A DNA stretch of 64,000 nucleotides from Paracoccus sp. (in: a-proteobacteria) (GTDB taxonomy: Bacteria; Pseudomonadota; Alphaproteobacteria; Rhodobacterales; Rhodobacteraceae), in the NCBI RefSeq assembly GCF_047973135.1, contig NZ_JBKEBL010000027.1, forward strand, positions 10,071-74,070. Reading direction: 5' to 3'. This document shows positions 10,496 to 20,056 of this stretch, in pieces. The position numbers were made by a program, and so were the translations under genes. The notes beneath the pieces are model-generated. The model had not been told where the DNA came from. It ran no database searches and was given only the letters and a program-made list of their open reading frames with translations. Within the stretch, counting starts at the first letter, position 1. The number at the start of each line of letters is the position of its first letter.

Positions 10496-11602
10496 TTACA
10501 TCTTCTCCATGGTCGAGTTTTCGATCAGATCCCAGTCCAGAGACTGCCCCAGACCCGGTGCCTGCGGCAGTTCCGCGATGCCGTTCCGCACCGGCAGCCC
10601 GTCCTTCAGCCCGAAGGCGAAATCGCTGACCGGGGCCAGCAGTTCAAGATAGGTGCAGTTCCGCACCGCCGCGCAGAGATGCAGGTTCACCAGTTCCAGC
10701 GGGTGAAAGATTGCGGTGTGGATTTCACAGTTCATGCCAAATGCCTCGGCCAGATGCGCCGATTTCAGCACCCCGGTAACGCCGCCTGTCCAGCTTGCAT
10801 CGGCGCGGATGGCATCGACCACATGGCGCGCGACGATGTCAGCCAGGCTATAGGGATGCCCGGCCAGCGTTTCGGTGCCAACCACCGGAATATCCAGTTG
10901 CCGGGTCAGTTCGGCCAGCGCGGGGATGCTTTCATCGGCCATCGGTTCTTCGAACCAGGCATAGTTCATCCGTTCCAGCCCGCGCCCGTAACGCAGCGCC
11001 TGCGGCAGGGTCATTGTCGTGACCGGGTCGCTCATCAGGGTATAGCCGGGACCGACGGCATTGCGCACCGCCTCGTGGATCAGCAGATCATCCTCGACCG
11101 AGCGGCCGGGGGGATGCAGCTTGTAGGCGGCAAAGCCCGCATCGCGGATCGACAGCGCCTCGGCGACGTAATCATCTGCCGTGTCCAGAAACATCGAACT
11201 GGCATAGACCGGCACCGTGTCACGCACCGCCCCGATATACCGGTACAGCGGCAGTTCCGCCGCCTCGGCCGCCAGAAGCCACAGGCAGCAATCGACCGGC
11301 CCCCAGATGTAGATCGGAAAATGCCCCCACATCCGGTTGCGCAGGCGGAAATCGTGCCACAACGCCTCTCGGTCATGGACATTGCGGCCAGCCAGGAACG
11401 GCGCCAGCGATTTCGCCAGATGGGCCGAACCAACTGCGCTGGCCCCGCCGAAACCGAACATCGAGGCGCTGCGCCCGCATTCGGTCCGCAGCGTATAAAC
11501 CAGAAATTCGTGCCGCTTGCCCCCGCCCGGACCGCGCAACCCGCCCCGGATTTGCTGCTGATCGACAGCGCAGACGTGCAGCTCAAGGTCGGCGATGCGC
11601 AT
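10496..11602 (-). CDS. Mandelate racemase/muconate lactonizing enzyme (enolase superfamily) protein
   Basis: VPVYAS, YKLH, LMSD, WFEEP, GTE metal ligands. Confidence 0.88.
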   Translation of the reverse strand: MRIADLELHVCAVDQQQIRGGLRGPGGGKRHEFLVYTLRTECGRSASMFGFGGASAVGSAHLAKSLAPFLAGRNVHDREALWHDFRLRNRMWGHFPIYIWGPVDCCLWLLAAEAAELPLYRYIGAVRDTVPVYASSMFLDTADDYVAEALSIRDAGFAAYKLHPPGRSVEDDLLIHEAVRNAVGPGYTLMSDPVTTMTLPQALRYGRGLERMNYAWFEEPMADESIPALAELTRQLDIPVVGTETLAGHPYSLADIVARHVVDAIRADASWTGGVTGVLKSAHLAEAFGMNCEIHTAIFHPLELVNLHLCAAVRNCTYLELLAPVSDFAFGLKDGLPVRNGIAELPQAPGLGQSLDWDLIENSTMEKM

Positions 11603-12258
11603 CAGAACTTGCCATATTTCAGATAGGCCTGCTGCGGGTCCGTGCCCGCAAGGATGGCGCTGCGGACCTTGCTTTCGGTCTGCATCGCCTCGACCGCCTT
11701 GTCGGTGACTTCGGCCACCACGCTGCGCGGCACCCGCACCATGCCGTCACGATCCCCCAGAAGGAAATCGCCCTGCGCGATCGCGACCTCGCCGATATGG
11801 ATCACGTGGCCCGTGCCGGTCGGCAGCCAGCGTCCGACAACATCCTTTGGTGTATGCCCGCGTCGCCAGGTCTGAAAGCCGATCTTCACCAGAAAATGCG
11901 TGTCGCGCGCCTGCCCGTCCAGGACACAACCCGGAACGCCCTTGTTCTTCAGCGTTTCGGCCGACAATTCGCCCATCTGCGCAAGGTCGTGCGTATGCGG
12001 TTGACAGACCCAGACATGCCCCGAGGGGGCCTGCGACAAAAGCCCGGTCCAGGCCAGCAGCGTCTCGTGATCGCCCGCCGTATCGTCGGGATGCCCCTCG
12101 ATGGTGAAGGCGGGACCGCAAAGAACCTTTTCCGGCATCAGCGGGGTAATTTCGGCGGGCAGGGTGAAATTCTTCAACCCCATCGCCCGCATCACATCAT
12201 GCACGACCCCGGTATAACACCCTGAAAGCCGCTGGCTCAGCGCCGCATCGTCAGCCAT
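11602..12258 (-). CDS. RraA family / HMG aldolase-like protein
   Basis: AQMGELSA, VLDGQARD, GDFLLGDRDG motifs. Confidence 0.85.
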   Translation of the reverse strand: MADDAALSQRLSGCYTGVVHDVMRAMGLKNFTLPAEITPLMPEKVLCGPAFTIEGHPDDTAGDHETLLAWTGLLSQAPSGHVWVCQPHTHDLAQMGELSAETLKNKGVPGCVLDGQARDTHFLVKIGFQTWRRGHTPKDVVGRWLPTGTGHVIHIGEVAIAQGDFLLGDRDGMVRVPRSVVAEVTDKAVEAMQTESKVRSAILAGTDPQQAYLKYGKF

Positions 12259-12511
12259 TCCTCATCCCCCCGTGATCCCTCCTGTGCCACCCGCCGGCGG
12301 CGTGTCGAAACGGATTGCAAGCACCCTTAACCGCACCGTAATCAAAGATGTCGCAGAGAATCCAAAGGAGACGGCTGCCACGATCTTCACCTGAAAACTG
12401 CAGTCGCTAGTATTTGTATTTGAGTGGTGTATTCATAAGTGGGGGCTATTGCCGAGTCAACCGTTTTCTTGTGAAAAGCGGTGGCCACCGGTGGGCAAGA
12501 AGGGGGAAGGC

Positions 12512-13324
12512 ATGTCGAACGGATCATCTGACGCGGTGCGCTATCGTGCGCCTGCGCTGGACAAGGGGCTGGATATTCTTGAACTGCTGGCCGCCTCGTC
12601 GGATGGTCTGACGCAGGCCGAAATCGCCAAGGGTCTTGGCCGCGGGCCGAATGAAATCTACCGGATGCTGGATACGCTGGTGCGGCGCGGATATGTAATC
12701 CGCAGCGTTGATGGCGACCGCTATTATCTCAGCCTGCGCCTGCTGGTGCTGGCCGATGCGCATCCGCCGCGCCGAAGGCTGCTGGACGCCGCCGAGGGGC
12801 GGATGCGGGTCTTTGTCCGCGAGGCCGAACAGTCGATCCACCTTGCCGTTCTGGAAGAGGGCGAGGTGATCATCAGCAGCGCTTTTTCCGCCCCCGGCAA
12901 CTGGCGGCTATCGCTGCGGACGGGCTCGGTCATCGGCTTGTTCAACACCGGTTCGGGTGCGGTTCTGGCCGCGTTTCAACGCCCGGAAATCCGTGGTCGG
13001 CTGATGCAGGAACACCGGCTGGTGCGTGGCGAAACGGCCATTCCGCGCAAAGAGTTCGAGCCACATCTGGACCGGATCCGCGAGGCGGGTTTTTTCTGCG
13101 GGGCAAGCCAGACGGCGATTGGTGCGGTGAATATCTCGTTCCCGATTCTCGACCCGTTCGGCAATGCGATTGCCGCGCTGACCTGCCCGTATCTGCGCCG
13201 TATCGACAATTACGCCGCCCCGCCGCAAGACGACGTGCTGGCGATTCTGCGCGACACCGCCGGCGAAATCTCGGGGCAGGTACTTGGCCCGCCGCCCGAT
13301 CCCGGTGTAGGGACAGATGAATGA
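12512..13324 (+). CDS. IclR family transcriptional regulator
   Basis: YRAPALDKGLDILELL HTH and TGSGAVL effector-domain motif; divergent from the catabolic operon. Confidence 0.92.
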   Translation: MSNGSSDAVRYRAPALDKGLDILELLAASSDGLTQAEIAKGLGRGPNEIYRMLDTLVRRGYVIRSVDGDRYYLSLRLLVLADAHPPRRRLLDAAEGRMRVFVREAEQSIHLAVLEEGEVIISSAFSAPGNWRLSLRTGSVIGLFNTGSGAVLAAFQRPEIRGRLMQEHRLVRGETAIPRKEFEPHLDRIREAGFFCGASQTAIGAVNISFPILDPFGNAIAALTCPYLRRIDNYAAPPQDDVLAILRDTAGEISGQVLGPPPDPGVGTDE

Positions 13325-16300
13325 CGATCCGGCTGGACAGGATTTTTGACAAGGGCACGCTGGAACGCGGGCTGAACTATGCCCGGCGCGACCATGTCGT
13401 CTCGATCGATGTCGCGGATGACGGCCTTCTGCATACGCGGGTCGCGAACGGACGCGGGCGAAGCTATCGCCAGCAGATCAGCGTGGGAAGCTCGGCGGTC
13501 GAGGGGTTTTGCACCTGCCCGGTCGGCTATAACTGCAAGCATGTCGCCGCAGCGATGGTGGTCTGGATGGAACGGCAGGGCCAGAGCCCGTCGCTTTCGC
13601 CACAATATCTGGGCTGGCTGGGTCAGATCAAAAAATGTGCCGTGCCAGATACCGAAAAGCCCGAGGCGCGGCCCGAGGATTATCCTGACAAGGTCAACGC
13701 CCGGCTGCTTTACGTGCTGATCCCCCATGGTCAGCAGGTGAAGATCGACATTTACAAGGGGCAGATCAACGCTGCCAGGACCGGGCTGAACAAATCCATC
13801 CGGCGGCACGATGTCTCAGGTACCTTGCGGGGCGGTGTCGCCGAGGCATTCATCCGCCCCGTGGATCTGGATTTGCTGACGGCTCTGGCGCGGGCCGGGC
13901 TGTGGGACTGTCATTCCGGCTATGGCCTGCCCGAATTTCTGCGTCCGGCGGGCGGGGATGCCGCTGCCGTCATCCAGAGGCTCTGCGCGACCGGGCGGTT
14001 CCTGCATGACAACTTGCCCGATGCGCAACTGACATGGTCCGGCGAACGGCCAGAGCCGGAACTGGGCTGGACGACGATGGCGAACGGCAAACAGCGGCTG
14101 ATCTTTCAGGACGGCCAGGGTCAGCCGCTGGATCTGCGCATGATGAATCGGGCAATGCTGTGGGTCGATGCCGCGCGGGGATTGATCGGCGAGGCCGGGC
14201 ACTGCCTCAGCGACAAAATCCTGCGGATCGTGCAGTCCAGCCCCGAGGTCGAGCCCCTGGACGTTGCGCCGCTGGCCGAGGCGTTGCCCAAGGCGCTGGC
14301 CGGTCTGACGCTGCCCGCGCCCCGCACCATCCGCCAGACACGCCGCGCCGCGAAACAGCAGGTCGCGCGGCTGGTTTTGGGGGCTGAAACCGCGCGCCAG
14401 GGCGGGCGGTACCATGGCCAATCGGTGCAACTGCCCACGCTGACGCTGCAATTCATGTATGACGGGCAGCAGGTGCATTGCGGCGATGACGACCCGCGCC
14501 TTGTCGAGAACGGCGATGTCGTCGTCCTTGCCCGCGATCACCGATGGGAGGCGGATTGCGCCGCGCGGCTGCAAGAAGCGGGCGCATTGCCCGTGTCCGC
14601 GCTGGAATTTCATCGCCCCGGCGAACGTATGCAGGCCTGCGGTTTTGCCTTCGCCGAGGGCGAGCTGAACTGCCGCACGCAGAGGGTCTCGACCGCGCGG
14701 GACGGTATCGAATTTGCGTTCCATGTGGTGCCCGAATTGCAACGCGACGGATGGCAGATAGAAGAGACGAAGAAATGGCCCTTTCTTCGTGGTACGGAAC
14801 GGGCGGTGCTGTCCGTTGAAACCCGGTCCGAGGCGGGTGCGGCGTTTCAGGGCAATGACTGGTTTTCGCTGGGGTTTCAGGCCGAGATCGGCGGCTATGT
14901 GCTGGATGTCGCCGCGCTGATCGCCGCCTTTCTGGAACAGGCGCGGCTGGCTTTGCCGGGCCTGCTGGATCTTGACACGCTGACACGCTACCTTGCGGAA
15001 CGGCCAATCTGGCTGGATCGCGGCAAGCAGGGATATGTGCCGCTTGACCTTGGCCCCGTTGCGCCGCTGCTGCATCTGTTCCTGACCCATCACACTCAGC
15101 TTGGCGCGCTGCATCCCGCCGAGGCCGACATTGCCGGCCTTGCGGAAGAGGCGCTTGAGGGCAGTTCCATCCGCTTTGCCGACCATGCCGGGATCCTGCC
15201 GCTGGCGCGCAGCCTGCGGGTGCTGGCGAAGGCGCAGGCGCGGGATTTCGTGCCGCCACGGGGATTGACCGCAAAGCTGCGTGATTATCAGGCCTTTGGT
15301 GTCGCGTGGATGATGCGGCTGCTTGAGACGGGCTTTGGCGGCGTTCTGGCCGACGACATGGGGTTGGGCAAGACGATCCAGACCCTTGCCCTGTTGCAGA
15401 CCCGGCACGAGGCGGGCGCGCCCGGCCCGGCGCTGCTGATCGTGCCGACCAGTCTGCTGCATGGCTGGCAGACGCAAGCGGCGCAGTTCACGCCCGGCCT
15501 GCGGCTGGTGATTCTGCACGGGCAGGGCCGCGCCGCGCTGCACGATCAGGTCGCTGGCGCCGATCTGGTGATCACGACCTATCCACTGCTGGCGCGCGAT
15601 CGCGACTGGCTGGCGGAACAGGACTGGCCGCTGGTCATTCTGGACGAGGCGCAGACCCTGAAGAACCCGGCGTCGCTGATGGCCAAGGCCCTGCGCGATA
15701 TTCCGGCAAAGGGGCGGCTGGCGCTGACCGGGACGCCGCTGGAAAACTCGCTGCAAGATCTGTGGACGCTGACCGATTGGGTGAATCCCGGCCTGCTGGG
15801 GGATCGCAAACGTTTTCAGACGCTGTTTCGCACGCCCATCGAAAAGCAGGGCGACATGGCCGCGCAAGCCCGTCTGAACCGCCGCCTGCGCCCCTTTCTG
15901 TTGCGCCGGACCAAGGAACAGGTGGCTGCCGAATTGCCTCCGCGAACCCAGATCCTCGACCGTGTCGATCTGCCGAAAACCCAGCAGGCGCTGTATGAAA
16001 CCGTGCGCAGTGCCATGGATGCCCGCGTCCGCGAAGCCATCGCCGCGCGTGGCCTTGCTGCCTCGCGGATCACGGTGCTGGACGCGCTGCTGAAGCTGCG
16101 GCAGGTGTGTTGCGATCCGGTGCTGGTCAAGACAGATGCGGCCCGTTCCGTCGATAGCGCCAAGCGCGCCCGTCTGGGCGAATTGCTGGCGGAACTGATG
16201 GCCGAAAACCGCCGCGTGCTGGTCTTTTCGCAATTCGTTGAAATGCTGCGCCTGATCGAGACCGATCTGTCAGCGGCGGGCATCCCATTCTTGTCTTTGA

Positions 16301-16674
16301 CCGGTCAGACAAGGAATCGTGCCGAGGTGCTGGACCGCTTTGCCCGTGGCGAGGCGCCGGTCTTTCTGCTCAGCCTCAAGGCCGGCGGGTTGGGTTTGAC
16401 CTTGACCGAAGCTGACACCGTGATCCTGTATGATCCGTGGTGGAATCCTGCGGTGGAACGACAGGCGATGGACCGCACCCATCGCATTGGCCAGACCAAG
16501 CCGGTCTTTGTTCACCGTCTTGTGGCCGCCGGTACCGTCGAAGAGAAAATCCTGGAGATGCAGGCACGCAAGCAGGCGCTGGCGGATGCGCTATTCGACG
16601 AATCCTGCGAGGCCGCAGATATGCTGCTGAACGAGGCGACGTTGCAGGATCTGTTCGCGCCGTTGCAGGCGTAA
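13321..16674 (+). CDS. SWIM zinc finger - SNF2-family helicase/ATPase
   Basis: CTCPVGYNCKH (SWIM), LADDMGLGKT, DEAQ, LTGTPLEN, SLKAGGLGL, QAMDRTHRIGQ. Confidence 0.93.
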   Translation: MTIRLDRIFDKGTLERGLNYARRDHVVSIDVADDGLLHTRVANGRGRSYRQQISVGSSAVEGFCTCPVGYNCKHVAAAMVVWMERQGQSPSLSPQYLGWLGQIKKCAVPDTEKPEARPEDYPDKVNARLLYVLIPHGQQVKIDIYKGQINAARTGLNKSIRRHDVSGTLRGGVAEAFIRPVDLDLLTALARAGLWDCHSGYGLPEFLRPAGGDAAAVIQRLCATGRFLHDNLPDAQLTWSGERPEPELGWTTMANGKQRLIFQDGQGQPLDLRMMNRAMLWVDAARGLIGEAGHCLSDKILRIVQSSPEVEPLDVAPLAEALPKALAGLTLPAPRTIRQTRRAAKQQVARLVLGAETARQGGRYHGQSVQLPTLTLQFMYDGQQVHCGDDDPRLVENGDVVVLARDHRWEADCAARLQEAGALPVSALEFHRPGERMQACGFAFAEGELNCRTQRVSTARDGIEFAFHVVPELQRDGWQIEETKKWPFLRGTERAVLSVETRSEAGAAFQGNDWFSLGFQAEIGGYVLDVAALIAAFLEQARLALPGLLDLDTLTRYLAERPIWLDRGKQGYVPLDLGPVAPLLHLFLTHHTQLGALHPAEADIAGLAEEALEGSSIRFADHAGILPLARSLRVLAKAQARDFVPPRGLTAKLRDYQAFGVAWMMRLLETGFGGVLADDMGLGKTIQTLALLQTRHEAGAPGPALLIVPTSLLHGWQTQAAQFTPGLRLVILHGQGRAALHDQVAGADLVITTYPLLARDRDWLAEQDWPLVILDEAQTLKNPASLMAKALRDIPAKGRLALTGTPLENSLQDLWTLTDWVNPGLLGDRKRFQTLFRTPIEKQGDMAAQARLNRRLRPFLLRRTKEQVAAELPPRTQILDRVDLPKTQQALYETVRSAMDARVREAIAARGLAASRITVLDALLKLRQVCCDPVLVKTDAARSVDSAKRARLGELLAELMAENRRVLVFSQFVEMLRLIETDLSAAGIPFLSLTGQTRNRAEVLDRFARGEAPVFLLSLKAGGLGLTLTEADTVILYDPWWNPAVERQAMDRTHRIGQTKPVFVHRLVAAGTVEEKILEMQARKQALADALFDESCEAADMLLNEATLQDLFAPLQA

Positions 16675-16684
16675 TGCGCCTGTC

Positions 16685-18922
16685 TCATGCGGTGACGTGG
16701 GATAGCCGGGCCTCTGCGGCTGCTGTCCCGGCGGGTGGAAGGGCGTTTTCCACCGCTGCCAGCAATTCGGCGCGGACATAGGGTTTCTTGAGAAAGCCGC
16801 TGATCGTGCCTGCGTCCAGCATCGCAGTGATCGAATCGTCCTCCATCCCGCTGGCGACCAGAACGGGGACGGGACCAATTTTCTGCCGGACGACGCTGAC
16901 AATATCCGCTGATCTGGAATCAACCAGAATATTGTCGCTGATAACAATATCGCAGGGAATATCCGAGGCGTTGATCGCCTTCACGAAACTTGCCATTCCG
17001 TCAAAGGCGTGAACGGTGGCGCCGCGCGCCTCAAGTGAAATCCGGGTGATTTCCAGCAACGCCTCGTCATCGTCGAAAAGAAGAATTGAAATGCCGCCAA
17101 GGCCACGGCTTTTGACGACAGCCTTCTGCGCGGCTTTTCTTTCGATTGTCACCGCCGGCAGGATCATCCGCATCGTCGTGCCCTTGCCGACCTGACTTTC
17201 GCAAACCAGCTTGCCGCCATATTGCTGCGCAAAGCCATAAGCCATCGCAAGCCCAAGCCCGGTTCCCTTGCCTGCGGCCTTGGTGGTGAAAAACGGTTCA
17301 AAAATCCGCTCGATCACCTCTGGCGGCATGCCTTGTCCACTGTCAGTGAAGGCAAGGGAAATGAAATCTCCGGCAGCAAGATCATAATGCTTTTTCTCAT
17401 TCTCCAGAATGCGCCGGGCCTCGATCCGGACCTTTCCACCATCGGGCATGGCATGTCTGGAATTGACCGAAAAATTCATCAGGACGACGTGAAGCTGATC
17501 CTTGTTGACATATATACCAAGACCCTGTTCGTAAGAAACGGCAAGCTTGATGTCAGCCATCAGCAGCGGTTGCAACAATGTGCTTGCCTCGTCAAGAAAG
17601 GCCGAAAGATCTATTTTTTCCTGCTCAAGCGGTTTGGTGCGGGAAAACAGCAAAAGCTGATTGATGATTGCCCGGCCCCGCTCTGCGGCATTCTGGATCA
17701 GCGAGATATTCCGGCTTGACGCATTCTCGGCTTTCGATCCCTCAAGCTCTGCCGCGCCAAGGATAATCGCAAGAACGTTGTTGAAATCATGGGCGACACC
17801 AGAGGCAAGCGAGCCAAGGGCCTCAAGCTTCTGCGTTTGTGCCCGCAGTTTTTCTGCCATGTAAACAGCGGTTTGGTCGGAAAAAATCATGGCGTCAAAT
17901 TTGTCGGGATAACAGACGATATCGGCGACCCAGAATTTTCCGTCGTTCATCTCCATGAGAATCTGGCTTTTTGAGTCACGATCATCGGTCCCGTCGGCAA
18001 TCAACAGGCGGTGCCCGGCACAGCTTGACGACTGGTCGCCGATCCAGTGTTCAAAATCCGAAATGGAATAGATCGGCTTTTCGGTCAATTCCTGAATGAC
18101 CGGATTTTTAATATTTGAGAATCTGTTGAAGTTCGTCCGCGTTCGACCGTCTTTCGCCTCGACCACGATAACAGTATTCTGAGCGTACATGACATCCTGA
18201 AGAATTTCGCTTTCAAGGGTGCGAAGCTCTTTTTCAGTGCGAATTTTCTCCTGCATGTGGTTAAATTTTGTTGCCAGTGAACCGAAAGCGTTGGAACCCT
18301 CATAGTTCATCTGTGTCAGATCGCCAGTTTTCAGGGTGGAATCGACGGCGCGGGTCAACGCAGCCAAAGGTTTTCTTACATATCCGTTCAAGACATAATA
18401 TAATGTCAGGCCGCAGGGAATAATAATCAGAAACGTCAGTAACGATGCCCAAAGCATAAGTCCGGGAAGTTCGTACAGAATGTTGCGCTGATTTCGCTCA
18501 ACAGTTATCGATCCGACAATAACGCCTTTGGCATCTTTGATGTCATGGTTGTCGGTGAATATTTTGTCGTCTTCCAATGTGTCAAAAATGGCATAGCCGA
18601 ATCTTTCGGAAACCTTGACACCTTTCAGATCTGCGATGGCCTGTAGCTCGGTCGCGTTTTTCTTGACCGTGTCGAAATCATAATTTTGCAACGACGGCAG
18701 GAAGAAATTTATATATTGAGCAATATGTTCCTTGGCCGCACGTTCTTCGTCACGAATTTCCCTTAGCGAGATGAACAGATAGTAACAGAAAAAACCGATG
18801 AAGAATAGCAATGTGAACTTTGTCAACGCACTATACAGCGCCTTGATGTCGGTTTCAAAGGATGCTTCAGAGCGTGAGGCGTGGTCAGCCCCGTCGTTTG
18901 GGGCAAAGGCAGGCTCGGCCAT
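16685..18922 (-). CDS. Hybrid sensor histidine kinase/response regulator (TM, HAMP, HisKA, HATPase, REC)
   Basis: Two TM segments; [11 protein letters not shown]-box, [25 protein letters not shown] with FDDD, ISD, KKP. Confidence 0.92.
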   Translation of the reverse strand: MAEPAFAPNDGADHASRSEASFETDIKALYSALTKFTLLFFIGFFCYYLFISLREIRDEERAAKEHIAQYINFFLPSLQNYDFDTVKKNATELQAIADLKGVKVSERFGYAIFDTLEDDKIFTDNHDIKDAKGVIVGSITVERNQRNILYELPGLMLWASLLTFLIIIPCGLTLYYVLNGYVRKPLAALTRAVDSTLKTGDLTQMNYEGSNAFGSLATKFNHMQEKIRTEKELRTLESEILQDVMYAQNTVIVVEAKDGRTRTNFNRFSNIKNPVIQELTEKPIYSISDFEHWIGDQSSSCAGHRLLIADGTDDRDSKSQILMEMNDGKFWVADIVCYPDKFDAMIFSDQTAVYMAEKLRAQTQKLEALGSLASGVAHDFNNVLAIILGAAELEGSKAENASSRNISLIQNAAERGRAIINQLLLFSRTKPLEQEKIDLSAFLDEASTLLQPLLMADIKLAVSYEQGLGIYVNKDQLHVVLMNFSVNSRHAMPDGGKVRIEARRILENEKKHYDLAAGDFISLAFTDSGQGMPPEVIERIFEPFFTTKAAGKGTGLGLAMAYGFAQQYGGKLVCESQVGKGTTMRMILPAVTIERKAAQKAVVKSRGLGGISILLFDDDEALLEITRISLEARGATVHAFDGMASFVKAINASDIPCDIVISDNILVDSRSADIVSVVRQKIGPVPVLVASGMEDDSITAMLDAGTISGFLKKPYVRAELLAAVENALPPAGTAAAEARLSHVTA

Positions 18923-19167
18923 TTTCTACGATTTTTCTCTGATCTTCTTTTTCTTGACTATTTGGAAAAATTAATATTTAATATAAAAATCAAACAAGCA
19001 ATATGGACGCTAAAACAGCGAGCTTGCGTAAGGTATTCTTACCTTTATTCTTCTGCTTTTATCGGCCATTATATTGCATGAATTTACCCTTTCAATCCTC
19101 ATTCGCGTAGCGCTTGGGCAAAAAATGTTCCTGCCTCGGGGTCGCCAGCAACTCGGGCCTGAAATTT

Positions 19168-19190
19168 TGTACTTGAAATATTCAGGTACA
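19168..19190. promoter_or_regulatory. Palindromic operator upstream of the cyclase-IorAB operon (probable MarR site)
   Basis: TGTACTTGAA-ATA-TTCAGGTACA, 9/10 arm match, ~60 bp before the first gene. Confidence 0.55.
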
Positions 19191-19248
19191 TGTGTTTGCA
19201 TATATCCAGATAAAAGGCATGCCTCAAGGCACTGACAGGGAGTGAGTG

Positions 19249-20037
19249 ATGAATACAACGGATGTTCTTGGAAAATTTGCGACCGGGTTGCTGGATGGGT
19301 CGATCCGGGTGGTGGACTGTTCGGCGCCGCTTGGACCCGAGACGCCGATCCTGAAGCTGCCGCCCGAACTGGCCGACGACACCCCCAAGGTCGAGATTCA
19401 CAAAATCTCGGAATACGGTGATCGCGGGCCGTTCTGGGCGTGGAACTGGCTGAAACTGGGCGAACATTCGGGCACGCATTATGACGCGCCGCATCACTGG
19501 ATCACCGGCAAGGATTTTCCGGATGGCGCGGTCGATACGATCAACCCACAGAATTTCGTCGCCCCCGCGAATGTCATCGACTGCTCGGCCGAGGCGGCGG
19601 CGGATGCCGATTTCCTGCTGACTCTGGACCATCTGAAGGCATGGGAGGCCGCGCATGGCACCATCAACGAAGGTGAATGGGTGCTGATGCGAACCGACTG
19701 GGATCAGTACAACACCGATGAGGACCGTTATCTGAACGCCGACGAAAACGGCCCGCATACGCCGGGGCCGACCGCCGAAGTGATCCAGTATCTGATGGAC
19801 AAGAAGGCGCTTGGATGGGGAACGCAATGCGTGGGCACCGATGCAGGTGCGGCTGGCGGGTTCGAAATTCCATTTCCCGCGCATAACCTGCTGCACAAGA
19901 ACAACCGCTATGGGCTGGCCTCGCTGACCAATCTGGACAAGCTGCCGCCCAAAGGGGCAGTGCTGATCACCGCGCCGCTGAAGATTGTCAACGGTACCGG
20001 CTCGCCCGTCCGCGCGCTGGCGCTGGTGGCGGGCTGA
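19249..20037 (+). CDS. Cyclase-family metal hydrolase, isatin hydrolase-like
   Basis: EHSGTHYDAPHHW metal motif plus TPKVEIHKISEY, GPFWAWNW and PFPAHNLLH, which from memory closely resemble alphaproteobacterial isatin hydrolase. Confidence 0.85.
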   Translation: MNTTDVLGKFATGLLDGSIRVVDCSAPLGPETPILKLPPELADDTPKVEIHKISEYGDRGPFWAWNWLKLGEHSGTHYDAPHHWITGKDFPDGAVDTINPQNFVAPANVIDCSAEAAADADFLLTLDHLKAWEAAHGTINEGEWVLMRTDWDQYNTDEDRYLNADENGPHTPGPTAEVIQYLMDKKALGWGTQCVGTDAGAAGGFEIPFPAHNLLHKNNRYGLASLTNLDKLPPKGAVLITAPLKIVNGTGSPVRALALVAG

Positions 20038-20056
20038 TCGTCAGGGCGCGGGGATC

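Noticed and set aside
18881..19258. Small ORFs 18881-19081 and 19010-19258
   Set aside because: They lie in an AT-rich divergent promoter region, lack motifs and RBS support, and overlap neighbouring genes
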